Positions 1-15,000 of a stretch of DNA of 64,000 nucleotides are shown here, in pieces. Below the pieces are notes generated by a model. The model saw nothing but the letters and a program-made list of their open reading frames with translations, searched no databases and was not told the DNA's origin. The position numbers were made by a program, and so were the translations under genes. The stretch's first letter is position 1. Each line of letters begins with the position of its first letter. This DNA comes from Antedon mediterranea. Taxonomy: Eukaryota; Animalia; Echinodermata. The stretch covers positions 8,409,888 through 8,473,887 of the forward strand of contig NC_092676.1 of NCBI RefSeq assembly GCF_964355755.1, written 5' to 3'.

Positions 1-3000
1 TGCTTCCAAGTGTTTGGCAAATTCTGAGGATATACTCTAAGAAAACAATACATACTACCTGTTATTTAATCGTCTATGACATTATAGTTGTTAGATTAGT
101 ATTGGTTAAACTTAGGACTGTTCGAACAAGATGTTTTGAGTTCAATTGTTAACATAATAGTCTAATGTGCTCGAGTTTATATGAAAGCTTGAACAAATCG
201 TAAGAGAATGAATACTTTTCTATAAATAAATCGAGAAATGATTACTTACATCGGATTGTCTTTTTGATGTTCTAAATAAATCATCAGCTGATAATAAATC
301 TTGATTTACATTGGAAGGTCTCAACACTCTAGTTTGTACTGCAAATAACAGAAAAGTAATAGTAGAAATATTAATTATGTCTTACTACCACCCATTTGCT
401 CTAGTTTCATGTCAAGCCTTCGATTCCTGGTCCTCGCTCACCGGCTACTTATGGCTAATGGTGATGATGGCTTATAAATATCATTAGGGACAAACGTGTT
501 TAGAACAGATAATTAGGACACCTATTCTGTTCCTTTTCTTCTTCTTCCCTGTCTACATATTGTCGTAATCATCCCATGCCAACTTAAGCACACTTTTAAC
601 AATCATTTATTTAAGTTACGGTGCTTTTAAAGATGTGTTGTCCCCCAAAATATGAAGATTACTAAAAAGACCATTTTGTAGTTTGAATGTAGTTAATCTC
701 TTCAGTAGAAATAAATTCAGTCAAAAACCCATTGTCTGTCAGCCAATTTGACTATACAGTATTTTTCTTTGAATTACAGTTTTTTTCAGGTAAATAATAA
801 ATTTTTCCCGATCCTATTTTTTCTCAAAGTGAATAACTAATATGGGACATTAAAATGGAATGTTCAACAAACTAATTGAAAATTATTTTTCAAGGGGGGG
901 GGGGGGGGGGAGACAATATATCTTTAAGAGAAATGGCGCTCTGAAATATGATTAGTAAATATAAGGAAACTGTTTCACGATTTATTCCAGTCTATGTTTT
1001 TATCTTAATGTCTTGTGTTCTTATACATTTATGTTTATAGAAAATAATATTTTATAAATTCATATTAGCTGCTAATCGTACATGGTCAATGATCTCATCT
1101 TGCTAAGATGAAAATCAAACACATAGCGCCTTAGTTGTTATAGATAAACACACACACATTACTATGCCCTCGGGTAAAATTGATTTACTGTGTACCATGA
1201 TACTGTATTATTTTCATCAACAAATATTCCTTTCTAAGTTTACTCGATTGGAAAATGCCCTGAAACAATATTAATATCTATTGATATACCTGTGAAATAC
1301 GATACAACTTTATGTATTAGGTTCCAAGTTTAGTGTAATTTATTGGAGAAATTTTACATTATTCAATATATCAACCATTATATGAAAATAATATATATGT
1401 GTTCGGTAAATATTAATTAAGCTACATATTTAAGAGGTTAATGTACTTGTTCACCTGTTGAATGTGTAAGCGAAAATGATATTATAATTAATATTATCAC
1501 ATTTTTTTTTAATAGACACTGTTTTGTATAAAACATGTATAGAACCCGTCATTATGATTGTCTGACTCCTTATAAAACATTATTTTTTTCCTATCACGTT
1601 AAGACAGAAATCATGAATAATTCATGAGATTATAATGTTTTTAACATATACTTTTTAGTAGATTTTGAAATAGCATGTATATTCCTATCTGTTTGTAGCC
1701 GTTTACCCGGAGCGGTACCGTACATTACTTTAAATAAACTTAATTATCTCGTTAAAGTTATTAATTATGATAATTTTCTATCCCAATCATCATATCATCA
1801 ATCACCAATAAGCTAACACAGTCACAATAATATTTAAAATTGTTAAGTTTCAGATCGCGTAGTCACGTTTTCAGCGATAAAGATAAACAAGACCTAAAAT
1901 ACACTCTTGTCAGATTTAAGTGTTTAAAATATACATGGATTTAAAAGTAAATCTAAAAATAGACACGCAGTGATATGTGTACTAATGCTCTTAATGCTAC
2001 ACTGTGGAGTAACGATATTTCTTCATATTAAAACTAGTAAATCTTTATTTTTAAAAGCGTTAACAACTAATAAAATCGTATGATATGGGTCATAATTGCC
2101 GTAAGATACTGTGTCATTTTAATGGTAAGTGGTGTTGGCAAGTGGGCAAGGGCTAAGTACCTATACGTTCAGTATCTACTAATTAAATTCAATTCAACGC
2201 AACGTTTATTTCCTTTTTTCGTTTCGTCAAATATATATCCAAAGAAATCATTATAGACATTTTAAAAGAGGTGAAATTCATTCAGAGCAACAACACGGAA
2301 TTAATCGTCGATATACTGATTCAATTCCATCGTTTTCCCTTATATTTATATGAATTTTAGGAAATAGTTTTAAGCTCTGTCTAAACTATCAAACGTTATG
2401 TGATGTGCCCATACTGTATATAGACACGATGATGTCATATCACTACCATATTTTTAGCATTATCACTACCATATTTAGGCATACCACACTTTTTTTGTCA
2501 AACTAGTTTGATAGTGTAGACTGAGCTTAAGAAAGTGAAGTCTGATAATTAAATTCAATTCATTCAAAGTTGCAGATTGTAAATGTTAAAGAGACTCTTA
2601 AAGCTTGTTTCCTACTTGGACGCAACGCAAGGATGCAAGTAATCTGACCAATCACTACGTGATGAACCGTCCGTATGTCGCTTGTGATTGGTCAACTCAA
2701 TTTACTTGCGTTGCATCTACATTTTTGCGTTGTGTCCAAGTGCTTATTGTTTCTATTTTTAAGGTCTCAAACATTATTAGATTATTGACCTAATGCAAGT
2801 TTACAGTTTTAATTTACATTAGAAAAATAACGCATTTTGGTTGCGAGTAACACACAAATAGTGCACATTACATATCACCTTTACTGCGTCAGTGGCAATC
2901 GACTTGACATCGGCCTTGTTTACGCCTGTATATGTGACACAAAGTGACTACTATAATTCACAATAAATACGTAATAAGCACGCCTTCTCATTTTAAGTAA

Positions 3001-6000
3001 TCCGTAACAAGATTGTACTTGAAATTCTTAGCAGACGAAGTATAATTCGATAATAAGTCCAATATCTTGTCACGATCTGTAATTCGATTCTTTATGAAAA
3101 ATGCATCTAAGTTATAACGTATAAATCTCTCAAATATCTAAATGCTAATTCTGATTTCATGTATGTCTCAATTTGTAAGCCTAGTCATCAATGGTAATAT
3201 CTATTTGCAGAAGCTGTGTCTGGCCGGCGATGATAAAAAAAAAAGTATAGGCCTAGGCCTAAAAAGTCATTTGCAAAACCACTAATTTGCCTAATTTAAA
3301 CTATTTAAAAATGGAATAACCATTCGCTTAAAGATGTATTGTCCTCCAAAAACATGAAAAATAAAGATTATTTAGATCAGACTTTGAATAGGTTATTTTG
3401 TAGTTTTAATAAAGTTATTCATTTCCGTAGAAAAAAAACCCTACAAAATAATGTTTTCACTTATAAAATAACACAAAAAATGGTTAAATTCAACCAAAAA
3501 TCCATTGGCTAGATGCCAATTTGACCACTTTTTGCTTTAACTTACAGTTTTTTCAAGTAGATAAAATTGTTTTTAGATCCAATTTTTTTGTCAAAGTGGA
3601 TAATTATTATGTGATATTAAAATGGCATATTAAAAAAAAAAACGTTGTAAACATTTTTTTTCAGGGGGACAATACATCTTTAAGTTTAAAACACCTTATT
3701 TTGATTTTACGACATTAAGAGATACTGTTAATAAAGTTCGTAGTAATCCAATATTTACTACATTAGTGTTAATATAACAATATGAATACACCGTGGAGCA
3801 TAGTGTCACAATGTCAACAACATAATATTATCAAAGTAACAACGGTAACGATAACTGTCTACATCAAACTTTATGTGACAAAAAAAATGTGATATGCCCA
3901 TATATGGACATGATGATGTCGTATAACTAAATTGGGCATATCACTACCATATTTGAGCATATAATTCAGCGCACATGGTTCAGCGCATGTGGTTTAGCGC
4001 ACATACTTCAGCGCGCATAATTTAGCGCACATGGTTCAGCGCACGCAATTCAGTGCAGATGGTTCAGAACACGTGGTTCAGTGACATGGTTCAGCGCACG
4101 TGGTTCAGCACACGTGTTTCAGCGCACATGGTTAAGCGCATGTGTTTCAGCGCACAGAGTTCAGCGCACGTGTTTCAGCGCACAGAGTTCAGCGCACGTG
4201 TTTCAGCGCACAGAGTTCAGCGCACGTGTTTCAGTGCACAGAGTTCATCGCACGTGTTTCAGCGCACAGAGTTCAGCGCACGTGTTTCAGCGCACAGAGT
4301 TTAGCGCACCTGTTTCAGTGCACGTGTTTCAGCGCACAGAGTTCAGCGCACATTACATTAATTGAAACAATACACAATCAATTTTTCTGAATGTTCTAAT
4401 ATGCAATTTATGTGCAAAAATATTTTTACATTCTAATTACAAAAAGAAAAAAAAAACGTTTTTTTAATTTAGAAAGCAATTATCATAAACAGTTTTCCTT
4501 CATCGATTTCATTTTTAACACACTGATTATATTTTTTGACTCATAGCCGGAACATAATAGTTCGTACATTGAAACACATCAGGCCCATTCGGGATCTGGT
4601 TTTATTTAAGGAGCGTATTTGTGTACGCAACAATACTTGAACCAGGGAAGAGTGAAATTAATGTCACTCTTCCCTGCTTGAACAAATATTTTGAACAACA
4701 CTTTTGCTGCAACAGATGATACGATCATAAAGCTTCATATATATTAAATATTTTCTTCTGTAGGTTTATCATTATTAAAAATAAATTATAATTGATACCT
4801 TTTAATCGTGTTGTATAGTATAATGTTTATTTCCAACATCAGTTTATATAACATAATATATTTTCTTGTCAATAAAATGAGGAAAGGAAGGAAACAAGTG
4901 GTTGAAAACTTATAGATCATCTCTCCTTTGTTTTAAATCATTGTGTACAATTAAGTTATGACGTAAGGCAATATATAATAAAGTTCAGAAAAGAAAAATT
5001 AACTTTACTTATACAACATTAAAAACAATTTTTTCTGTTTATACATTCGTTTGAACTCAACAAGAGATTTACATTTTTTTTAAAGCCACATCGAACGAAT
5101 TCCCGGAAAGGAAAGTAGGTTTAACCTCCTCTCAAATGTGCTGTGAGCAAGCAAGACAGATTGCTCTTCTATGGATTCTTCGAGTATTTCTTTTAAAAAA
5201 AACACAAAACAAAGGGTTCTCTAAATTAAGATATGTTGAAATAATATTCAAAGAGTTTACTAGTTTTAATATTAAGCTGGTGTTACTGTGCCTGAAGTAA
5301 CTGATATCTAAATATGGGAAAGCAATACGTCTGATGTGTACGTCAGTCTGGATGCCGCGTCAAAAAAGTTGGGAAACATTAATTACATTCTTTATAATAC
5401 TGTATATTCTATACACTATGGTGTACTTTAGTTTTGTAACTACAGGTATCATTGTGTTTGGAACGACAATCAAACTAACGATAGTGTAGGCGTTATGGCA
5501 AATGAAAAGACGAAATGGTATATTGCTGCCCACACGCATGATTTAAATGCAGTTTGAAATTTAACATTCTTTTTAGACACAAAAGAACCAACTAAACTAA
5601 ATTTTTAACAGACCAGCAAAAGCGATTGCACTCCCCATCATCCGCGAGTGAGTGGCCGAGCGGTTAAGATAGTGGAACCGTAATTACGTAGCCATAACAT
5701 CGGCAAGGGTTCGAGGCTCACTCGCTTCATGGTTCTGTTGGTAGAACGAGTCTTCTCGGATAAGGACTATACAACGTAGGTCCAATGTACACATGTGCAC
5801 TTTAAATAACCTAGTACATCTTTCGATACGAGTAGGGGGTTACTAGTCCACACACACAGCCACTGTCACACACAGCCACTGTGCAATTGGAACTGGACCG
5901 TTTTTAGAGGTGTTTACCACCTGTTGGTCCCGATCCTTCACTAACAGTGTTAGTGAGAAGTTAAGACCGTAAAGGTAGTAAAAACGTCATTTCCGATTTC

Positions 6001-9000
6001 AAATAACCTGAACTATTACTCAATTGAAAGCCTTTATGGCACGTCCGATAATTATAGTATGATTCCACAGGTGAAATGCTGACGCAAAGCTATATGTGCG
6101 AAAATAATAGGGATTTATTGAAATATTGGCGACATATCCAGCTGATGATTGATTATTTCACAGGATGTGTGGCGAGTGAACCTACCATGGCCACACGTGG
6201 TCATGGCATTCAAACACATCTTTAGTTTGAAATAATATTTATAATTAACTCACTCTAATTACGATAAATCTTTTTAATTACCATGGCTACAAAGCTAAGA
6301 AGGTCGTCACACATTAGATCAATGTCTATAAGGTGATTTAGCTCACAAAATGAATATTTTTAAGCTCTGTCTACACTATCAAACTAGTTTGACAAAAAAA
6401 TAGTGTGCTGTGTCAAAATATGGTACCTAGTGATATGACATATATGTCCATATATTATATTGTATGTGCATATAGATCTCGTCAATTGTATCTATCTAAT
6501 GTTCATGGTATCATGAACAAAACTACCGATTAGGGCACATTTTTTTTGTCACATAAAGTTTGATAATGTAGACAGAGCTTTACTCAACAATGCTGTATCA
6601 TAATTTTGAAGTGGGGAACTTTGGATTTGCTACGACTTAATAGAACCTGCACAAATTCTCCATTTAATATTGCATTTTTCGCGACGACCGTATGAAAAAA
6701 AAATTGTTTCAAATGCGCATGTCAGTGATACCAGAATCTTGGACCTACAATTTACACCATTAATAATTCACCATTTGGTGAAATAAGTGTGACAATCCAG
6801 CCAATTCAGGGTCATCTATATATAAATTTTACTCATAAATGTTCAATCATTTTTATCATTTTAGGCAAATTGACAAGGATAACCACAAGTGAATTCATTC
6901 ACTATCCTTCTCAAAGGTGGCAATCCTGTTCACACAAGACAATTATACACAAGATGCTCTACATAAACAAGAACTTGTATAGTGTACAAGGTTCTAAAAC
7001 GACTACAAAACAATTCTGAAGTTTATCATGAACAGGTCATAAATACACATTATGCTTATATTATGTCTACATAAATATTTTATGCTTAATGCTGAAATGC
7101 TTAATTTTAAGCAATCAAGTTTCTTCTTAATTGCATGAACATTAACTACGTATCATGTACAGGTCAGCCAATTTCTCGTTAGATTTAGAGATTAATTTTT
7201 CAAGTACAAAGTACGTAAAATGATTTACTTACCGAAAATTAAAGTCAATAATTTGATTTTTTTATAATGGTTCATTTATATAAAATTACATTATATTTCT
7301 ATTTTTAACCCATGTACGTCAGTCTATGTTAATTAAGTATCTATTTGACGAACTTCAGGGCATTTTTGACACTGGTACGTCAAGTGAAAAAAAAAATATT
7401 GTAAACGTGATTGCCAATGATTTACAGATCACCAAAAGGCGTTTCAATATAAGTTTTATTATCGAGTTTCGACGATGTACACTAAAACTGGTTACGAAAC
7501 AGTATTACACAACGTGCCAACAGCAACGTTTCTTTGCGGAGATTACATGTGATTTATAAGCTAGTTAGATTTTACAGTCATTTGTACCATCTCTAAAGTA
7601 CAGTTTCGTGCCCCCGTGGGAAAAGGTCGATTGAATATTATGTTTTTGATTCTTGAAAATGCGTAATAACGTTTGTGTGTGTTGTGTAGTGTAATGAATG
7701 ATGAAACACATTCGGACCTCTGCTTTTAAACGACAAATAATATATGTTCATAAAATATTGATATCTAAGCACAGTAGCATGAAATTACCATAAAACAATT
7801 AGCAAGCAATTAAAATGTTACTAATAATGATTACACTATATATCAATGTTTTGACGTATAATACACATGCGTATGGTAAAACAAAATTAATAATAATCAT
7901 TATTATTATGAATACCAATAATAAAAATGGAAACAAAAGCAACTGTATTATAATAATGTAGAATAAAATCAAAGTTAAAAATATATGTTCTTAATTATTT
8001 TATTACATTTTTTACGTTTTTAACGCTATTCTGCAAATCGGTTGAATGGATAGTGCTTTCGTTTCAACGTTTTTGGATTGTTTAAAGATGTATTGTTTTA
8101 AACTGTTGTTGTTGAATATGCCATTTCAATGTCACATAATAGTTATCCACTTTGAAAAAAATTGAATCTAAAACAATCTATTTACCTGAAAAAAATTTAA
8201 AGCAAAAGAGATGGCTGCCAGCCAATGGGTTTTTGGTTGAATTTATTTTGTCATTTTACATGAGAAAACATTATTTTTTTTTAGTTTTTTGATTAACTAC
8301 AAAATAACCTATCTGATTTAATGAATATTTATTTTTCTGGTTCTTGGGGGGACAATAGTAAGAGGGAAATCACAATTTCACTCTTCTCTGATTCAACATA
8401 CAGTAACCCAATCTTCCGGTTACTTCTTGACGAACACATGAAATAAAACATAATACTGTAACATCTTCATGTTCTATTTTAGAATCAATCACATATAAAA
8501 TGTAGTCGGTAGATTAACGTATCAGATCAAATTAATCGAACCCAGACAGATAAATCCCAGTAATTTCTCTTTGTGTTGTCAATGCAATGGGTTCACGAGT
8601 TCCTGCATACGTATACAAATGGGTCTCTTAATCTAATGGTCAACTTGGGACAAGTCCAACGTCAAAATAAACCACACAAACGTAGAAGAAGTGTTAGAAA
8701 AGGCAGAAAAGCCTAACAAAGAAGCGCCCACAAATAAAGTTCCAATATTCTTTACAATATGTAGAAGATAAGGTTATTTTAAGTTGATGGAACGTACATT
8801 TATATAAGTATGAAAGTAATGGCGGTTTGGGTGGTTTTAAGATTCCCACTTTGTTTTGGTTTGTTTGGTTTAAGTTCTTTCTGTTGCCATTTTCAAAAAG
8901 CTGATGATTTATCTTTTGTGAGTATTTAAACCTTGGTTCCTATTTGCACGTAACGCAACGACGTGACACAACGTAATTGCGTTAAAGCTTGGTTCCCACT

Positions 9001-12000
9001 ACGACGCAACGCAAGGACGTAAACGCAACGCCAGCGAGTTCACCAATCACACGCGACTGTTCGAATAATATATCGCTTGTGATTGGTCAAATCACTTAGA
9101 ACACGATATTATACGTAGATCATATCCGACAATACATTGATGAACGCCATATTAAGAGAGAAGAGAAAGAAATTATTTGATAAAGAATAGGCCTAAAATG
9201 TTTTTGTTCGATGTGGGACATGCCTTTTTTCTTTTAATTTAATTTCTAATAATAGCCATGCCTTTTGTTATTGCACATGAATTTTCATTATGTTCAAAGA
9301 AAACTATGTTTTAATCAAGGTTATTATTTGAAGATGTGACTACTATCCTACTTAATAAAGAGAAATAACAAGTTATTTGACTATATTAATATGAAAAACT
9401 AATTTTTGCGAAAATGTTAACTTAAAGAGGTTTTGTTCATTTATTCACTGCAACTAAAACTAAGAAATAAGTAAAGAAAATAACTTAAAATAAAATGTCT
9501 CATAACAATGGCCATTATTTTGTCAATGCAACCACAAGCTGACTAGCACATTCAAACTCAGATTTTCTGCAATATATTTTCAACAATATCACTATAATTA
9601 ATTAATTTGGTCATTTAAGCTTATTATCCAGGTTAACATTTAAGTCTTACAAATCCAAACTTAAATCCATCAAACTATAAATAATCTGTAGGATATACAA
9701 ACTTCAGTTTTCAGAAGAAATGTGCCGGCCAAATTGATTTCAACTGTCTTTAAAGAGGGTAACCCTTCCAATTTAGCCTAGTGGGTTTTTTAAACTGATA
9801 TCCAGGGGCCATATTGTCAATATGGCCCCTGTTTTTAGGTTGTAGTGATACCACCAATTGTCTTGGTTTCAGTATTAGCGTTTGATCAATACATAATGCA
9901 GAAATTAATTTCTTTTTTTGGTCATTTAAGCTTACTAGTCAGGTAAACATTTAAGTCTTGCCAATTCAAATTTAAATCCATCAAACTAGATCGATTACTA
10001 TAATCTAGTTCGTACGCATATATGCTACCAGGGAAATTTCCAGCGTACTTTAATAGTTTAATCTACAAAGGCATTGTTTTGGAACACATTTATATTTTTG
10101 GTGTTTTTTTTTCAGTTTATATAAAAGAATCAGGTTAGGTCTGTAGAACAAAAATGTATTACATGCTCAACAGCCGACATGAAACAATAAAAGCAACGCA
10201 GACAATTTGACCAATTAGAAGCGAAGGACTATCCGAACCGTTGTTTGTGATTGGTCAAATTATTTACGTTGTACATTATTTAAATTACTATAATTGTAAC
10301 AATTTCTAATTAAAAGTGGAGTTGTTCATGAATGCTAAACAGAGTACTATGATGTCAAAATCATGGTTTCAACATTTAAATTATATTGTAGGCCTATGAC
10401 ACGAGGTGGATCTACAACTACGTAGGCGCTACGCAATCACAAGCGACATGATGATTCATCATCGACTCGTGATTGGTCAAATTACTTGCGTTGTACTTAC
10501 TAATGCTCGGTTCCTACTACAGATTCAACACGAAGATGTAACGCAACGTAAATGAGTTGACCAATCACAAGCGATGGATTATTCGGACTGTCGCTTGTTA
10601 TTCGTCAACACGCTTGCGTTGCGTTTACATCCTTGCGTTGCGTCCTAGTGGGAACCAAGCTTTACGTCCTTGTGTTCCGTTGTCTGCGTTCAAGAAAACT
10701 GTTGTAGGCCAAGTTCAGCATAATATTGGTCAAATTATTTGCGTTGCGCTTACTTACGTCATTGTGTTGCGTTTGCTGCGCACAAGAACAAGTTGTAGGT
10801 CCAGTTACACAAAGCATAATATTGGTCAAATTATTTGCGTTGCGCTTGCATACGTCATTGTGTTGCGTTTCCTGCGCTCAAGAACAAGTTGTAGGCCCAG
10901 TTACACAAAGCATAACATGATGTCTTGTGTAACGATTAGCCTACATTCATGAAACATTCAGTGCCATGTAATTCCATCTTCATTCAAGGCTTACGTTAAG
11001 TTAAAGAGATTAAATCCTACTCATGTCCACTTTTACAGTATTTATATTGACATATTGATTTCCACTTAACACATGATCTTATGGATTTTAAAACTATACA
11101 ATTATAATACCAGTAGAGGTATACATTATTATAAATTAAAACATGGAGTACCATAACATTATTGAGGCCTAGTAAACATTTGATATATTATTTTATATTG
11201 TTCTATTCGCATTACTAAATTCAATATTTAAGGTATATGTGGCAAACATAAACGTTGCAAACATACACGTAGAATAAAGAAGTGTTGTAATATTTTTTCT
11301 TCATTTATGGAAAATGTATATATATATATATATACATGTTATCATATTACATCCCAAAAAATTTACCGAATCCCTCGAATAAACCTCCCTCTCCCTAAAA
11401 CAAAATGTGTTAAAACGGTATTAACTATGACGTCACAATTCGCTTTCGTTCTTTCTGTGTACATTTGTCATTCGTATAACAGTGTGTTTACACGTATCAG
11501 AGTAATCATTCATCGGTAGAACCACACGTCATTCTTTTATTAGCAACATGAATTTAAACTGCCGATAATGAATGGCCACACAGCACTTTTAATTTCTCGA
11601 CCTTTTACACTCATGAATACTGGTAAATTGTATGACATAATCAATATCTGAGACATGATTGATATTGGTATTTTCAATTCATAAATTCGTTCAGTGTGGA
11701 CAAGTAAAATAAATGCAATGTGTTGAAATCTTGACAGCATATTAAAATCATGATCTGTTAAGTGTTTGTTAATGACTACTGATTAATAGTATGTTTCAGG
11801 GTTTAATGTAATTATGTTTCTGATTACATTATTGCCTCGTTGCTGTTAGAATAAAGAAATCATCAGTGGATTTGAGCAATGATAATTAAAAATCGTTTTG
11901 TGGAACACGCTTGTATTATTATCCAATCAGCCGTGTAAATGGACATGTCTCAGTCCGAAGGTGAACTTCCAGTAGTCACAATTATGTAAATTAAGTAGGC

Positions 12001-15000
12001 TAGATCAACAAGAATACGTTTGCAATATAACTTACGGAAAACAATTGTGGATAAAATGCATAATCTCAAAACTTAGATAATACTAATTTTAAGTCTGTCG
12101 ATAGACGATTTTGCGAAATCAATGTTTCACCCTCTACCTTAACTTTGTTATGACCCATGGTTAAAATTGTTACCAAATTGTTCCCAGGTAATTTGCCATG
12201 TATATAGAGCATTCAACGTGATTCCTAATATGTTCAGTCATCTTAAATATCTAAGGATCAGGTAATTAAAAATAAAAAACTTATGTTTTCCTTTTTCTTG
12301 ATTCCTTGTTTATCGACGTGAACGGTATGGTCTTCGGAAGTTTATTGTAATATAAAATCAAAATATAATACAATACGTAGTTTTCTTTGTAGTCTTTGGA
12401 GACCAATAATAATGCATTCAAAGTTGTCTATATTACAATTTTTATAACAAATAGTGCAAAAACTAAGATTGAAAGTAGGTTAGGTTGCGATGAATGGTAT
12501 GGATATTCAATTGTCATCTTGTTCTCTGCCTTTCTGATAGATTCAATTTTTGTAATTTGTTTCTATTTTAATGACTTTTGCGTACACTCATTTGTCTTTT
12601 TTTAATGTCATCCATTACTCTTTTCTTCATCGAAGACCTTTTCCATCTACTCTTCCTTCTTCAGTAATAATATTATTAAACATTATACAAATAATGAATG
12701 TTAATGCGTTGAATGTGGAACAAACATTGGAAGCCTCAGCAACGGTTTTATGACGTCATATCGCCATCTTGCGCCTTTAATTGTAGAACGCATGCCTGCT
12801 TCATCTCTCCGTGGAATTACATATACAATACTCATTTAGAAGGATTTTAAGAATTACTTAAATCTTATGAATTATTAGAAGCATTTAGAAAGGGTAATGA
12901 ACTAGTGGTGGTCATTATAGGAAATGAAGTATTGACATTAACCTGACGAGAATGGGAAACGGTAATAATGATTTACTTTTCAAACATTACATTTTATATC
13001 AATATTTCAGATTTAAAAACATGGATAATAAACGTTATTGAATGCTTTAATTGTCATAATGTATAAGTATAATAAATCTTATAATATATTGATTGACCAC
13101 TTTTTTCATACAAAACGGAAAATCACACTCCCATTTAGTGAAGAGATCGTTGGTTAGTTAACAGATAGTTCGTGTACACCTAACAAGATCATTTTTACCA
13201 TTCAAAACTCTTGTCTAAAACCATAGACGCACATTATTAATAAATTACTGTGCTATTGTATAATAAGTCGCAGCATGTGCAAAGTAAAAGAAGAATAACT
13301 GCACAACAGATTGTGAAAGAAGTATAATAGTAAGGCCTACCAGTCTTCTAGTATTAACCTATATCAATATTAGAAGAGCATACCAGCATACAGTAGTAAA
13401 TATTAGTAGTACATAAGTAGTACTACTAGCCGATAATAACAGAGTTGCAGCGTAATAGAAAACAAAACAGAAGTAGTAGTAGTAATGATAGTCTACACTG
13501 TATATTAGAAAATTTGCCGAAGAGACATTACAGTAAAAGTAGCGGGAAAATTAATACAAATAGTCTATTAACCAATAATAGCAAAGTAACAGAAATGCAA
13601 TACAGTAAAGGTAGCGGAAGAAGTAGTACCAATAGTCAACCAATAATAGCAAAGTAACAGAAATACAATACAGTAAAGGTAGCGGAAGAAGTAGTACCAA
13701 TAGTCAACCAATAATAGCAAAGTAACAGAAATACAATACAGTAAAGGTAGCAGAAGAACGAGTATAGTCATCCAATAATAGCAAAGTATCAGAAATACAA
13801 TACAGTAAAGGTAGCGGAAGAAGTAGTACCAATAGTCAACCAATAATAGCAACGTAACAGAAATACAATACAGTAAAGGTAGCAGAAGAAGTAGTACCAA
13901 TAGTCTATTAACCAATACTAGCAAAGTAACAGAAATACAATACAGTAAAGGTAGCAGAAGAAGTAGTACCAATAGTCTATTAACCAATACTAGCAGCATT
14001 ACAATATAGAACGGTAGCGGCAGAAGTAGCAGGCCAAGCTATTAGAAATAGAAATATCTACAATATACACATACACATAGTCTGCCAGCCTCTAATAGAA
14101 ATATTGGCAGCTCAGAGTTGTCGAATGAGCAATGGAAGACAATGGTAAAAGTATCTACAGAAGTAGTACAGTAATACAAGCAGCCTACTAGCCTCTAAAT
14201 ATTAGCAGAGTTGCAGAAGGAGCAATGGAAGACAATGGTAAAAGTATCTACAGAAGTAGTACGGTAATACAAGCAGCCTACTAGCCTCTAAATATTAGCA
14301 GAGTTGCCGAAGGAGCAATGGAAGACAATGGTAAAAGTATCTACAGAAGTAGTACAGTAATACAAGCAGCCTACTAGCCTCTAAATATTAGCAGAGTTGT
14401 CGAATGAGCAATGGAAGACAATGGTAAAAGTATCTACAGAAGTAGTACAGTAATACAAGCAGCCTACTAGCCTCTAAATATTAGCAGAGTTGCCAAAGGA
14501 GCAATGGAAGACATTGGTAAAAGTATCTACAGAAGTAGTACAGTAATACAAGCAGCCTATTAGCCTCTAAATATTAGCAGAGTTGCCGAAGGAGCAATGG
14601 AAGACAATGGTAAAAGTATCTACAGAAGTAGTACAGTAATACAAGCAGCCTACTAGCCTCTAAATATTAGCAGAGTTGTCGAATGAGCAATGGAAGACAA
14701 TGGTAAAAGTATCTACAGAAGTAGTACAGTAATACAAGCAGCCTACTAGCCTCTAAATATTAGCAGAGTTGTCGAATGAGCAATGGAAGACAATGGTAAA
14801 AGTATCTACAGAAGTAGTAGGCCTACAGTAATACAAGCAGCCTACTAGCCTCTAAATATTAGCAGAGTTGTCGAATGAGCAATGGAAGACAATGGTAAAA
14901 GTATCTACAGAAGTAGTACAGTAATACAAGCAGCCTATTAGCCTCTAAATATTAGCAGAGTTGCCGAAGGAGCAATGGAAGACATTGGTAAAAGTAGCTA

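Noticed and set aside
4053-4390. ORFs over tandem repeats (also 13568-13999, 29596-30013, 31620-31863, 42102-42393, 49654-50051)
   Set aside because: They are open only because the repeat units lack stops; several frames or strands are open at once.
5645-5730. Functional tRNA genes here and at 30314, 33880-33960, 34823, 37493, 61475
   Set aside because: A/B boxes are present, but I could not fold proper acceptor and anticodon stems, and most continue into repeated SINE bodies.
8582-8770. Coding-looking GC-richer patch (also 6860-7020 and 23050-23450)
   Set aside because: No consistent splice sites or recognisable motif in any frame.
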